Shown: positions 8,691 to 18,185 of the stretch, piece by piece
Layout of the letters: every line of letters starts with the position of its first letter
How positions within the stretch are numbered: position 1 is the first letter of the stretch
Virus record (IMG/VR): IMGVR_UViG_3300042545_001134
Coordinates: 124,001-188,000 of that record
DNA length: 64,000 nucleotides
Direction: 5' to 3' (one strand)
Translations under genes and position numbers: made by a program
The notes under the pieces: model-generated
The model's database searches: none
The model's input: the letters and a program-made list of their open reading frames with translations, nothing else
Told to the model about the DNA's origin: nothing

Positions 8691-10604
8691 TTACGCTCCA
8701 TGTTCTTTTGTGTTACTCGTTTCACAAGTAAAAAATTCTCCCGGGCCTGAGGGGGGGTCGTATCTTAAAACATATTGTGGTGGATAGGAAGTTATTGAAC
8801 AATCAACTGGTCCAAATGTTTGAGTTGTCAACTCACCAGCACAACAAAAATAATCACAATAATTACACGTATAAGTTGGAAGGGGACCGCTGTATGGCAT
8901 TTGTCTTTCACAATCACTTCTGTTTGCCCCATAAAAATAAACGTACCATTGTGGGGTCATTGGGATACTCATTGGGTCATACCCTGGTGGAAATGGCTCA
9001 CATGGTTGAGTACAAGACCAACTACAATTCGGTTGGCCCCTTTCACCCCATTCAACCATCGGAGGTAAATCGTTACAATTACCACCAAAACCATTTCTTA
9101 AATTATTTTGATTAGGGGGGTTGGGTTGTGAAGGAAAGTTACCGTAAGATGGTTGATAAAAAGAAGCACAAACACCAGCGTTTGATTGTACTGACGCAAA
9201 TCTTGGTTGATTGTTTTCTTCTTCGACAACCATATAGTTATCTATATCTTCTATGTCGAGTGTCGATACATTTTGTTTTGTGAATTGGAATTTAATGTTC
9301 AAAATATTTTTTATAACAAAACTTTCTGTATCCATATCATATAAAACAACACCATCTCCAACCTCTAAGAATTGATATTTTTTATATTTTGTTATGCCAT
9401 TATTGTCCACCGCAATTGATGAGTTCGGTACGTCAGAAAAAATAATACCGTCTTCCAATTCAATTCTCCTAACCCAAATCAATACATTTTCATATTTTGA
9501 AATGTTTTTAACTTTTGAAAAACCTATCGTTGAACCTGTTAAAACATTTTCAGTTGTTGCCGACCATGATGTGGTAACACCGGTCAATGGTAACTCATAC
9601 AAATTTGCTGATTTAACATCGTCATCAATTTGTATGGTTGTTCCATTAACAAATGTACCGTCAGATTTTAAAATAAAACTATTATCATCTAAGTGATATA
9701 AAACATTATATATAAGTGAGTTTTGGTGTTTTTGTAAATAAACAGGTCTTTCCCAATATTGTATCTCGTTGTTATCGTCGTAATCTACTGAAACTGATAA
9801 TGGGCAAGGGTTTGTTTGTTCAAATGGTTGGAATAGGTTTAAAATACTAAGAGTATCGCCATATAAAACATCGATGGTTCTATATGTTACCTGTTTACCT
9901 AAAACCAAATTATCCGTGTTAACGATATATTCTTGTAATAGTGTATTTTCAGGTAAATTAGTTTTTAAAGTTTCTAGTTCTTCAATTGTGTCTATTTTAA
10001 AAACTTTTGGGTATATCCCATAATTTGTTGTTGGGTATCTTTCCTTTATAATAAAATTAGGATGAACCCCATTGTCTCGAATATCACTACCGATGGTGTC
10101 AAACCCCAGTGTCCCATTTATAAAATATGTTTTAGGTATTGAAGTTGACTCCGTATCGTACATTAATTTTAAAAACTCAAAGTTGTCCTTTGCGTATGTT
10201 GAATCAACTAACGCGGTTGTATCATAAACCTGTCTTAAAATTAATTCATTTGGGGAGTTTTCAATATATGGAACAGTGATTGCCCTTGGGGATATGACCT
10301 CAATGTGTAATGAAATTCCCTTATCAGCACATTTATCAAATAAAAAATCTTGAAATGTATATAATGTACCGTAATTAACGTTATTGTTTTCATCCAAATC
10401 ACCATACTGACCCGGTAATTCTTTATTTAGAAGGTAGGTAATTTTTGTTATCTCATTGTCAATCAAAAAATTATCAAACGCAACCTCATTAATGTATTCT
10501 CTACAATCAGAAAAAACAAATCCAACGTTGGTATTAATTTCAAGTATTTTGAAACTACCGTCCGTATCCTGTATGTAATCAGTTCCTACTAAAACTCCTC
10601 TCAT
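8691..10604 (-). CDS. Circularly permuted ATP-grasp ligase-like domain + degenerate Hint domain + Cys/Pro-rich C-terminal tail
   Basis: N-terminal DYIQDTDGSFKILEINTN (D..ExN motif moved to the N-terminus), then FIIKERYP and LLQEYI. Aa 303-475 are Hint-like (HLDDNSFILKSDGTFV..IQIDDDVKS; IELEDG; FLEVGD; VSTLDIEDIDNY; VQSN). Aa 476-637 contain 12 Cys. Confidence 0.65.
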   Translation of the reverse strand: MRGVLVGTDYIQDTDGSFKILEINTNVGFVFSDCREYINEVAFDNFLIDNEITKITYLLNKELPGQYGDLDENNNVNYGTLYTFQDFLFDKCADKGISLHIEVISPRAITVPYIENSPNELILRQVYDTTALVDSTYAKDNFEFLKLMYDTESTSIPKTYFINGTLGFDTIGSDIRDNGVHPNFIIKERYPTTNYGIYPKVFKIDTIEELETLKTNLPENTLLQEYIVNTDNLVLGKQVTYRTIDVLYGDTLSILNLFQPFEQTNPCPLSVSVDYDDNNEIQYWERPVYLQKHQNSLIYNVLYHLDDNSFILKSDGTFVNGTTIQIDDDVKSANLYELPLTGVTTSWSATTENVLTGSTIGFSKVKNISKYENVLIWVRRIELEDGIIFSDVPNSSIAVDNNGITKYKKYQFLEVGDGVVLYDMDTESFVIKNILNIKFQFTKQNVSTLDIEDIDNYMVVEEENNQPRFASVQSNAGVCASFYQPSYGNFPSQPNPPNQNNLRNGFGGNCNDLPPMVEWGERGQPNCSWSCTQPCEPFPPGYDPMSIPMTPQWYVYFYGANRSDCERQMPYSGPLPTYTCNYCDYFCCAGELTTQTFGPVDCSITSYPPQYVLRYDPPSGPGEFFTCETSNTKEHGA

Positions 10605-10882
10605 TATATTAATGTAGTATTTTTCTTTGTTGGTAGGTATTTTTCATCAACCTCACCCCATTTTGCCAATGGACATGAATTGTGAATCATACTGAATACC
10701 TTTTTATTAATCGGACATCCACATTCTCCACAGTACGCGGCCCAATCCTGATTTATGTTTAATCTTCTATTTAATGATGGACATTCCGCACAAATCGCAA
10801 TCCTCTCTTTGGACATATTTCGTTGAATGTCTGTTGGGTTGAATGAACTCAACCACGAATTAAAAATGTCTTTTAAGTCCAT
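10604..10882 (-). CDS. Small Cys-cluster protein (DUF6171-like; CxxC...CxxCxC...CP..KW)
   Basis: 92 aa, RIAICAECPSL...YCGECGCPINKKV...SCPLAKW; its stop overlaps the ATP-grasp start (TAATG). Confidence 0.65.
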   Translation of the reverse strand: MDLKDIFNSWLSSFNPTDIQRNMSKERIAICAECPSLNRRLNINQDWAAYCGECGCPINKKVFSMIHNSCPLAKWGEVDEKYLPTKKNTTLI

Positions 10883-10922
10883 ATATGTAAATATCTTTTG
10901 ATTAGAATATAAATAAAAAAAA

Positions 10923-11036
10923 CTAATGATTGTAGGTAAAAGGGTCTCTTTTCTTTAATTCCCTTAGTTTTTCCCTGAATTTCTTCTTCCGTTTATAGTC
11001 TAACCAAATTCCTTTAATCCACTGTATTATTTTCAT
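10923..11036 (-). CDS. Small basic peptide (37 aa, KRDPFTY motif)
   Basis: Hand translation MKIIQWIKGIWLDYKRKKKFREKLRELKKRDPFTYNH*; ATGA overlap with the carbamoyltransferase stop. Confidence 0.65.
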   Translation of the reverse strand: MKIIQWIKGIWLDYKRKKKFREKLRELKKRDPFTYNH

Positions 11037-12703
11037 TTTTTTGTTATTATGTAGTTATTAATCACCAATATATCTATTTCGGTATCCAAAAATGTCTCTA
11101 CCGCATCTTGTGGGGTGAGTACCATAGTTTTATCTTTAATATTAAAAGATGTGTTAAGTAATATTGGATACCCTGTTATGATTTCAAACTTTTTTAATAG
11201 GTGGTATATGTCATTGTACGGTATAACGGATTGAATTCTTGCCGTCCCATCTACATGAACCACCGCCGGTAGTTTATCGATATATTTTTCTTCCACCTCT
11301 ACCACTTGGTTCATATAGGGAATGAAATCACCACTTTTAAAGTATTTCTTTTGTGATTCAAACAATACCATTGGGGCAAAGGGTCTAAACCCTTCTCTTT
11401 TTTTGATTACTTTGTTGATTCTATCCTTCATATTAGGTGAAGTCGGGTTCGCCAATATTGACCTATGACCTAACGCTCTAGAACCAAATTCAATCTTACC
11501 TTGAAACCACCCAACTATCTTGTTTCTTTTTAATTCCATCGCAATTTTATCATGAACTGATGTAATCGTTTCATATCTTTTATAAGTTATCCCATTTGTG
11601 TTTTTTAACACGTCAAGAATTTCCTCATTTGAGTATGATGGACCTAAAAAAGGATTCGTGTGAACCCTAACGGGTGTTTTCTTTTGATGAAAGTAATTTA
11701 AACATGCACCAATACAAGAACCCGCGTCAGATGGTGCTGGTGGGACCCACACGTTTTTAAAGTCAGTATTTTCTTTTATTTTCCCATTTGCGGTTCCGTT
11801 GTATGCGCATCCACCGGCCAATGCAAGATTTTTTGAATCACTGAATAAGTGAACATCCTTTAAAATCTCAAATAATACGTGTTCATACTTTTCTTGAACG
11901 GATGCTGCAATGTTTTTATGTTCCTGTGTTATATCTTCTTCGGGTAATCTATTTTCAACACCCATTAATTCAATCAAATCTTCGTTGAACATTAGGTCAT
12001 CTCTATCCCATGTGAAATAAATCATATTTGTTTTTAACGACACACAATTGTGTATCACCAACTTATCAATCTTATCTCTATATGGTTCGGGGTCCCCGTA
12101 AGATGCAAGTCCCATCATTTTATATTCACCTTCGTTTGGTTTAAATCCAAGGAACGATGTCATTGCAGAATAGAATAAACCAATTGAATGTGGGTAAACC
12201 GCCAGTGGTATAATCTTAAATGAATCTTTATTCACATATGCGGCCGATAATGTTTCCTTCTCACCAACACCGTCTACCGATAAGACAACACAATCTTTAA
12301 ATGGTGATGTGTAATATGAATAATATAAATGTGAATCGTGATGTTTTGAGTAGAAGATATTGTCTGATAACTTTCTCAACTCTCTTTCTAATGACCAATA
12401 ATTGTATTTGGTTCTTATTAGGGTTTTGGCAACATATATTGGACGCTCAATAAAATTTCTGAAGAATGTATTTTTAACTCTCTCAAGTTTAATTTTTGGG
12501 TCTTCATAATAACAAATCATTTCAACATCTTTCTTTTTGATGTTATATTTTTTGTAGATGTATTGTAACGTATTAACTGGAAATCTATAATCATGTTTTA
12601 CCCCTGTGAATTTTTCTTCTTCACATGCAAAAACCAACTCCCCATTTTTGAACAAACAGACAGATGAGTCATGATAATATGATGATATACCAATTACGTA
12701 CAT
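11033..12703 (-). CDS. Carbamoyltransferase (NodU/CmcH family)
   Basis: GISSYYHDSSVCL...EEEKFTGVKHD, HHDSH, SVDGVGE, LAGGCAYNG, GWFQGKIEFGSRALGHRSIL, KKREGFRPFAP, HVDGTARIQ, LLNTSFN. Confidence 0.95.
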   Translation of the reverse strand: MYVIGISSYYHDSSVCLFKNGELVFACEEEKFTGVKHDYRFPVNTLQYIYKKYNIKKKDVEMICYYEDPKIKLERVKNTFFRNFIERPIYVAKTLIRTKYNYWSLERELRKLSDNIFYSKHHDSHLYYSYYTSPFKDCVVLSVDGVGEKETLSAAYVNKDSFKIIPLAVYPHSIGLFYSAMTSFLGFKPNEGEYKMMGLASYGDPEPYRDKIDKLVIHNCVSLKTNMIYFTWDRDDLMFNEDLIELMGVENRLPEEDITQEHKNIAASVQEKYEHVLFEILKDVHLFSDSKNLALAGGCAYNGTANGKIKENTDFKNVWVPPAPSDAGSCIGACLNYFHQKKTPVRVHTNPFLGPSYSNEEILDVLKNTNGITYKRYETITSVHDKIAMELKRNKIVGWFQGKIEFGSRALGHRSILANPTSPNMKDRINKVIKKREGFRPFAPMVLFESQKKYFKSGDFIPYMNQVVEVEEKYIDKLPAVVHVDGTARIQSVIPYNDIYHLLKKFEIITGYPILLNTSFNIKDKTMVLTPQDAVETFLDTEIDILVINNYIITKK

Positions 12704-13842
12704 TATTTAATTCTTTTACCGTAGTAGATTGTATCTTTATGTACTCTTTCTCTCCATGGGTCTAAAACAATACTACCCATTGGAAATTCTGTTCCATTAA
12801 AAACATTTCTATGTCCTAATAAATAAATAGCGGGTTTGTTAATAGTGTCATATTCAACTTCCATAATAAAACTACCAATAAGTAATGAATATGAACCATC
12901 AATATATTCAACACCGGGTTTGTAACTCTTACCCATAATAACCACAGGTAAAGAATGTTCAACAGAAAGGTCAATTAATCTATTTGCCATGTTCTTTGCC
13001 TGTATTTCTCTCGACAACATAATTGAATCAAAAAGGTCATAACCTAAATCTAATTCTTTTGCCATGTATCTTAATGCAATATTGTCGCGAGGGTGACACG
13101 AACCTCCATCACCTAATCCCGCCTTCATATACGCGGGACCCGTAATGCGGTAGGTACTTCTTTCCAACGCACCCGTTACAATATCGGTATCCATATTACC
13201 ATTCTTTTCCGCAACATCCTGAATCATATTGACCAATGAAATCTTTGCGGATATGAATGTATTATAAAATATTTTAATTGCCTCAGCATCATCCCACGTA
13301 CCAATTTCATAACGAGTCCACGGTGTGATGAGTGTTTCGTAAAAATCTCTCAGTATTTTCGCATCGGTTGTTTCTGAACCATCCTCAGTCCCAATGATAA
13401 CCATTTCAGGATTTACCATATCGTTTTTTACGGTACCCATGGCAATAAGATATGGGTTGTAAATGAATCGATAATTCTTAACAAGTGGAATGAACTCTCT
13501 ACGAGTTGTTCCCGGTAGAACTGTTGAAATTAAAACAACCAATTGTTCTTTGGTTGTGTAATCGTTTATTTCATCTAAGATGTTCTTTACTGTCGTGTAA
13601 TCAAAATCCTTTGGGGTTAGATGTGATGTTGGGTGGCTACCATCATATAATGGGTCATGGGGTGTGGGTACCGCAATAAAGATTAAATCTTTACCGTTAC
13701 ACACTTCTTTTATGGTTGATACCATTTTAAAATTAGTGGGAGTCACTTCTCTAACATCGTAACCCTCAACAAAGTGTTTCTCCGCCATTACTTCCCCCAC
13801 ATCTTTTCCGAGTTTTCCAACTCCGATAAATCCTATTTTCAT
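12703..13842 (-). CDS. ugd: UDP-glucose/GDP-mannose dehydrogenase family protein
   Basis: Rossmann GFIGVGKLG, IAVPTP, ISTVLPGTT, YNPYLIAMG, AEAIKIFYNTF..KIS, GDGGSCHPRD with the catalytic Cys. Confidence 0.92.
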   Translation of the reverse strand: MKIGFIGVGKLGKDVGEVMAEKHFVEGYDVREVTPTNFKMVSTIKEVCNGKDLIFIAVPTPHDPLYDGSHPTSHLTPKDFDYTTVKNILDEINDYTTKEQLVVLISTVLPGTTRREFIPLVKNYRFIYNPYLIAMGTVKNDMVNPEMVIIGTEDGSETTDAKILRDFYETLITPWTRYEIGTWDDAEAIKIFYNTFISAKISLVNMIQDVAEKNGNMDTDIVTGALERSTYRITGPAYMKAGLGDGGSCHPRDNIALRYMAKELDLGYDLFDSIMLSREIQAKNMANRLIDLSVEHSLPVVIMGKSYKPGVEYIDGSYSLLIGSFIMEVEYDTINKPAIYLLGHRNVFNGTEFPMGSIVLDPWRERVHKDTIYYGKRIK

Positions 13843-14570
13843 AATACGTTATTTTTTAAATACGGAACAATTACTTCTTCCGAAAACTTTTTATGTCCAA
13901 ACTCAGTTGGGTGTATACCTCTATGTTCATAACCAACATGTCCATCAAATCCTAATTCGTTGTAGTTCTCTTTAACCCATTCATGACAACCACTCACGGG
14001 GAGGAACTTACTAAAATCAACCATATCAAATAGATATTTTACTTCGGGATGTGATATCAAAGTGTCTGCGCCATTTGCATGGAAAATATCCAAATATGAT
14101 GACATAAAATATTTGATACCTTTACGTTCCAAATACCATTGCACCATTAATATATTTTGCATGGTCATTAACATTGAACCAACATATGTATGTAGATTTT
14201 CGTACCAAATCTTTGCTTGGGGTATGTCCCACATATAGTTAGTTATAACCCAATTTTTTCTACCGTCAACAACATTAGTTGGGTTTTCAATCCATCCATT
14301 AATGTTTGATATTCTTTTTGAATCTTCAGTGTAAAAATCGTGTCGGTCAATACCACTCCACATGACACCAACAATAATGTCTTCAGGTTTGTGTGTCTCT
14401 AATAATTTATCTACTTGGTATATTACTTTTTTAGAAATTAATCCGTTACCCTGTGATGCCATCCCAACATTAACCAAATTGTAATCCATTTCATTACATA
14501 CAAATGTTGGCCAATTCCATGGTTCAAATGTGAAACTACATCCACTGGCAATTAGTGTTTTCTTATTCAT
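13839..14570 (-). CDS. SGNH/GDSL hydrolase-like protein
   Basis: LIASGCSFT (block I Ser), NVGMASQGNGLI (block II), C-terminal IHPTEFGH. Confidence 0.6.
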   Translation of the reverse strand: MNKKTLIASGCSFTFEPWNWPTFVCNEMDYNLVNVGMASQGNGLISKKVIYQVDKLLETHKPEDIIVGVMWSGIDRHDFYTEDSKRISNINGWIENPTNVVDGRKNWVITNYMWDIPQAKIWYENLHTYVGSMLMTMQNILMVQWYLERKGIKYFMSSYLDIFHANGADTLISHPEVKYLFDMVDFSKFLPVSGCHEWVKENYNELGFDGHVGYEHRGIHPTEFGHKKFSEEVIVPYLKNNVL

Positions 14571-15358
14571 TATATTAATTTTTTATTTATGTGTTCAAAC
14601 CAATTGTTTGATAATTGTTCCTGATACTCTAATGTGGTGTGGAATCTATATTTAATTGATGGGTCACTTCCCCGATATGTCCACGGGTTTAGTTTAGAAT
14701 CTAACATTATCATTCTATCACCAAAAAATTCAAACTCATTTGAATATAGATTTGTGTTTATACAATAGAATTCAATTCCGTTATCTAACAACTTTCTTAA
14801 CCCATTGGCAACAATCCAAGAGTCCTGTTGTGCTTTCCAATTGAAGTCGTAGAATCTATCAAACCATTCTTCTAAAATTCTAACCTCAGATTTGTTAAGT
14901 GTCTCCTTAGATTGGTTACCCCAAAAAAAGTTATTTAATGTTTCACTAATCATCTTAGGTGTTATCACTCCGAATCCCCCATGTTCCGAACTCTTATCGG
15001 GAAACCCAACATAATCTATGTTATATAGTCCATTGTTTGGTTCGTACATATTTGTTTTAAATTCCTCTTTAAATTTATCAAAATAATCTTCAGTCGTTAA
15101 GTCGTATATTGGGTATTCAAATCTATCTGGTGAGGTTAGACCAATAATCACCAAATCGGGTTTGTGTTTTATAATCTCATCGATTTGTAAACGAATAGTT
15201 TGATTACTACATCCACCTCGAGCATAGGTTACGACATTCCACCCAAGTTTTTCTCCCAGTAACTCAGTAAAATGTTTACCGTAACCATTATCTAAATCAT
15301 TTTCATTAAATGAAATTGCAGACATAAAACTATCACCACAAACACCTAAAGTTTTCAT
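14570..15358 (-). CDS. SGNH/GDSL hydrolase-like protein
   Basis: LGVCGDSFM, YARGGCSNQTI, C-terminal FHTTLEYQ. Confidence 0.55.
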   Translation of the reverse strand: MKTLGVCGDSFMSAISFNENDLDNGYGKHFTELLGEKLGWNVVTYARGGCSNQTIRLQIDEIIKHKPDLVIIGLTSPDRFEYPIYDLTTEDYFDKFKEEFKTNMYEPNNGLYNIDYVGFPDKSSEHGGFGVITPKMISETLNNFFWGNQSKETLNKSEVRILEEWFDRFYDFNWKAQQDSWIVANGLRKLLDNGIEFYCINTNLYSNEFEFFGDRMIMLDSKLNPWTYRGSDPSIKYRFHTTLEYQEQLSNNWFEHINKKLI

Positions 15359-16785
15359 ATTAATCTATTTGATATCTTTTTGTTTTCAAGTACTGTGAAA
15401 AGTTTAATAACCTCATGATTACTAATCATATTATTAAAATTATGAATTAATACTTCTTCCATTTCTTGGGTTACCTGATAACATTTATCCATATCCCACG
15501 ATGCAATTTCCTCCATTACACTGGTAATCATGTCCATTCTTTTCGTATAATTGGTCTCATTGTCATAACTTTCATCCCACCATTTGTCAAATGTTTTGAA
15601 CCCCAACTCTTTTAATTTTTTAATTGAGTATGGGTTACCAACAATAATGAATGGTTGACACGTATACATTGGTTTGTATGTCTTTTCAGAATAAAATATT
15701 GAACCTTCATCAATTAGAGATTCTGTAACCACATTTACAAAAGTGGTACTATGCGCTCCTTTACTCAAATTGGCCGCTTTGTTATTTTCTAAATCATTTT
15801 CATCGTACACGTAATGTTTTGATGAATCGTATGTGTTATAAAAATCTAATAGTCTTTTCTTTGAATGAACATAATACTCGCCTAAAGTTGCATTTAATAT
15901 GTTAAAAAATTCATGGTGGAACTTATTTTGTGAAGCACCTAAAGATTTAATTGATTTACCTATTAATTTTTCATTTGAAGATAATTCAGCAAACATAACC
16001 AGTCTATGTGGTTTAGTAACCCTATTAAAAGATAAAAAATGAAATTCTTTTTTAGTGGTTTTATTATTTTGTAAATACCAATTAAAGTTTTCTCTCATTT
16101 TTTCTTTTGTTTCATCCATTAAAATTCTACCACCGTCATGAAACCAAAGACTGTGTTGAAAATATGAGTATGGGTGTATAGTAAAATTGTCTCGGATTAA
16201 CCCGTCATTAAGTAATTTTGAATATCTATTAGTAGTCAAGAAATTAGACGTGATAACGATTACATCATCTTTATTGAAATCATATTTAGTTGATAAATTT
16301 GAAACCCATACATAATCGTTCATATTTTGTCCAAAAAATCCCTCTGTTGCCTGTATAATACACAATCTTGCTCTTTTATTTTTAATACATTCAACTAATT
16401 TATCATCTAAATCTATTGTTGGGTATTTTAAAAATAAGTCATTGTTATATAACACAATTGGGTAAACAAAACTTTTATCGGTTTCGTATATTTCATCTAA
16501 AGAAAATACTTTAAAATTACCATATGTGTTATCCAGTAAACCTTCAAAATTTTGACTATAAAATTTACACAAATACATCCTTAACTCATTAGAATCTTCG
16601 GACTTTAATCTATATGGAAATTTAATACCAAGTTCCTCCTCAATTTCATGTATTTTATCAAATTTAGCGGTGTGCCATGGGTGGATATCGTACTTCGCAA
16701 CATTTGAGTTGGGGTATAGAATTCTATTGTCTTCCGTATAAACCAAAATTTCGGAATATGCGACATTTATCTCAATATCTTTCAT
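15355..16785 (-). CDS. Putative glycosyltransferase (GT10/fucosyltransferase-like phage family)
   Basis: C-terminal FLSFNRVTKPHR, FVNVVTES, YSEKTYKP, PFIIVGNPYSIKKLKELGFKTFDKWWDESYD, resembling the GT10 ..SEK...A.....P region. Confidence 0.5.
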   Translation of the reverse strand: MKDIEINVAYSEILVYTEDNRILYPNSNVAKYDIHPWHTAKFDKIHEIEEELGIKFPYRLKSEDSNELRMYLCKFYSQNFEGLLDNTYGNFKVFSLDEIYETDKSFVYPIVLYNNDLFLKYPTIDLDDKLVECIKNKRARLCIIQATEGFFGQNMNDYVWVSNLSTKYDFNKDDVIVITSNFLTTNRYSKLLNDGLIRDNFTIHPYSYFQHSLWFHDGGRILMDETKEKMRENFNWYLQNNKTTKKEFHFLSFNRVTKPHRLVMFAELSSNEKLIGKSIKSLGASQNKFHHEFFNILNATLGEYYVHSKKRLLDFYNTYDSSKHYVYDENDLENNKAANLSKGAHSTTFVNVVTESLIDEGSIFYSEKTYKPMYTCQPFIIVGNPYSIKKLKELGFKTFDKWWDESYDNETNYTKRMDMITSVMEEIASWDMDKCYQVTQEMEEVLIHNFNNMISNHEVIKLFTVLENKKISNRLI

Positions 16786-18185
16786 TAAATCACAATTGTT
16801 TTACAAAAATTATAAAACTCCTCATATTCGGGGAATGTTTTACAGAAGTTAGTTCCTCTTCTTATATCATGTTCATTAAAGAACCTATAAAAATCTCTAC
16901 GATTTATCATTTGACGATAATCATCCTGTGGTGAAATCATCCAATCATAAATTCTCTTAATTTTTGGGATTTCCATTTGTGTAAAACCGTAACTAACCCC
17001 CTCTTTATTTAACCCAACATGAAATACTTCTTCATATGATTCCATTAAATCCCCATGACCCTTTACTAAACCACTAAAATTATGTGGTAAAACTTGTACA
17101 GTTTGATGTAACGGATACCTCAAGAATGATGAATCTAAAGAAACTGGTGTGGTCCATGCTCTTTGTGTTGATGCGTATTCCTTTTTAAGGTCGTAAACAC
17201 CACTAATCAATTTATCATAACTTAATACTGACAGTGCATTATAGGTGCTCATAATACCAATTGTCACAGTAGGACATTTAGTAAGTATTTTATTTAAGTT
17301 ATCCCAAAATTTGTTAAACACTAATCCGTGTCTACCGTATTCGGCGTGTTCACCCCAACCATCAACTGAGGTGAAAATAACAAAGTCTTTTACTCTTCGT
17401 TGGTCCTCGATTATATTGATTTTCTCAATTAGTTTATCAATTAAATTATCTGGTACACCTAAGTTACTATTAATAGCCAAGTGTAGATTTCTATTTGGTT
17501 CTTTTTGTTCGATTATATAATCTAAAACACCCCATGTATCCTTAGATAATAATGGCTCACCACCAGTGATTCTAAAAGTATCTAAGTCTCGATATAATTC
17601 GGGCCACCACTCCCAAAATGCATCAACATATGGGTTTGGTTCCGTTGCCTTAAATGGCATTCTATTTTCTTTCTTTAAATAATCTAACCCATTAAAGTTA
17701 GTAGTTGTTGGGTATGCTCCGTGACGTTCAATTTCTTGAACCCACTGTGATGAAAATGACGGACCGCAGTACGAACATTTAAAATTACATGTGTTTGAAA
17801 ATGCAACCTCAACGTAACGAGGGTTAAAATCTTCTCTCCAATCTGATTTTTTAATATCATCTAAAAGTGGTAATGACCATGGTTCGGCTGATTTAAATAT
17901 CCTATCCGAATGTTGGTCTGAATTATCTTCTACATTCCAACAATAAGCACATTCTGTTGGTCTACCGCCCTCTAACATTTCCTTTCTTTTCTCTTTTTTA
18001 AATTTAGTATTGTGTAGAGCAGAGGGGTTCCTTTTCAATTCGGATAAAGGGATAACGTGAGTATCGGGGTGGTGACATGAGTGTGTTCTACCCAATTGTA
18101 AGTGTATGGTTACTTGTGTCCATTTCGCAAGACAGAACCCGCAACCAACCTTATTTAATTCTTCTTTTATGTTATTTCGGTCCAT
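16785..18185 (-). CDS. Radical SAM protein with N-terminal auxiliary Cys cluster (twitch-like)
   Basis: CNFKCSYC (CxxxCxxC), ITGGEPLL; N-terminal CLAKW...SCHH...CAYCW. Confidence 0.88.
   Translation of the reverse strand: MDRNNIKEELNKVGCGFCLAKWTQVTIHLQLGRTHSCHHPDTHVIPLSELKRNPSALHNTKFKKEKRKEMLEGGRPTECAYCWNVEDNSDQHSDRIFKSAEPWSLPLLDDIKKSDWREDFNPRYVEVAFSNTCNFKCSYCGPSFSSQWVQEIERHGAYPTTTNFNGLDYLKKENRMPFKATEPNPYVDAFWEWWPELYRDLDTFRITGGEPLLSKDTWGVLDYIIEQKEPNRNLHLAINSNLGVPDNLIDKLIEKINIIEDQRRVKDFVIFTSVDGWGEHAEYGRHGLVFNKFWDNLNKILTKCPTVTIGIMSTYNALSVLSYDKLISGVYDLKKEYASTQRAWTTPVSLDSSFLRYPLHQTVQVLPHNFSGLVKGHGDLMESYEEVFHVGLNKEGVSYGFTQMEIPKIKRIYDWMISPQDDYRQMINRRDFYRFFNEHDIRRGTNFCKTFPEYEEFYNFCKTIVI

Noticed and set aside
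9180-9698. Canonical splicing intein in the ATP-grasp gene
   Set aside because: It lacks Cys/Ser1, the block-B TxxH and the penultimate His; the +1 residue is Ala; there is no endonuclease domain. Treated as a degenerate cleavage-type Hint instead.
11033-13842. Confident call of a DNA hypermodification locus
   Set aside because: No thymidylate-synthase-like hydroxymethylase, nucleotide kinase or DNA-glycosyltransferase signature is in the window, and the neighbours point to glycan chemistry. Kept only as an alternative.
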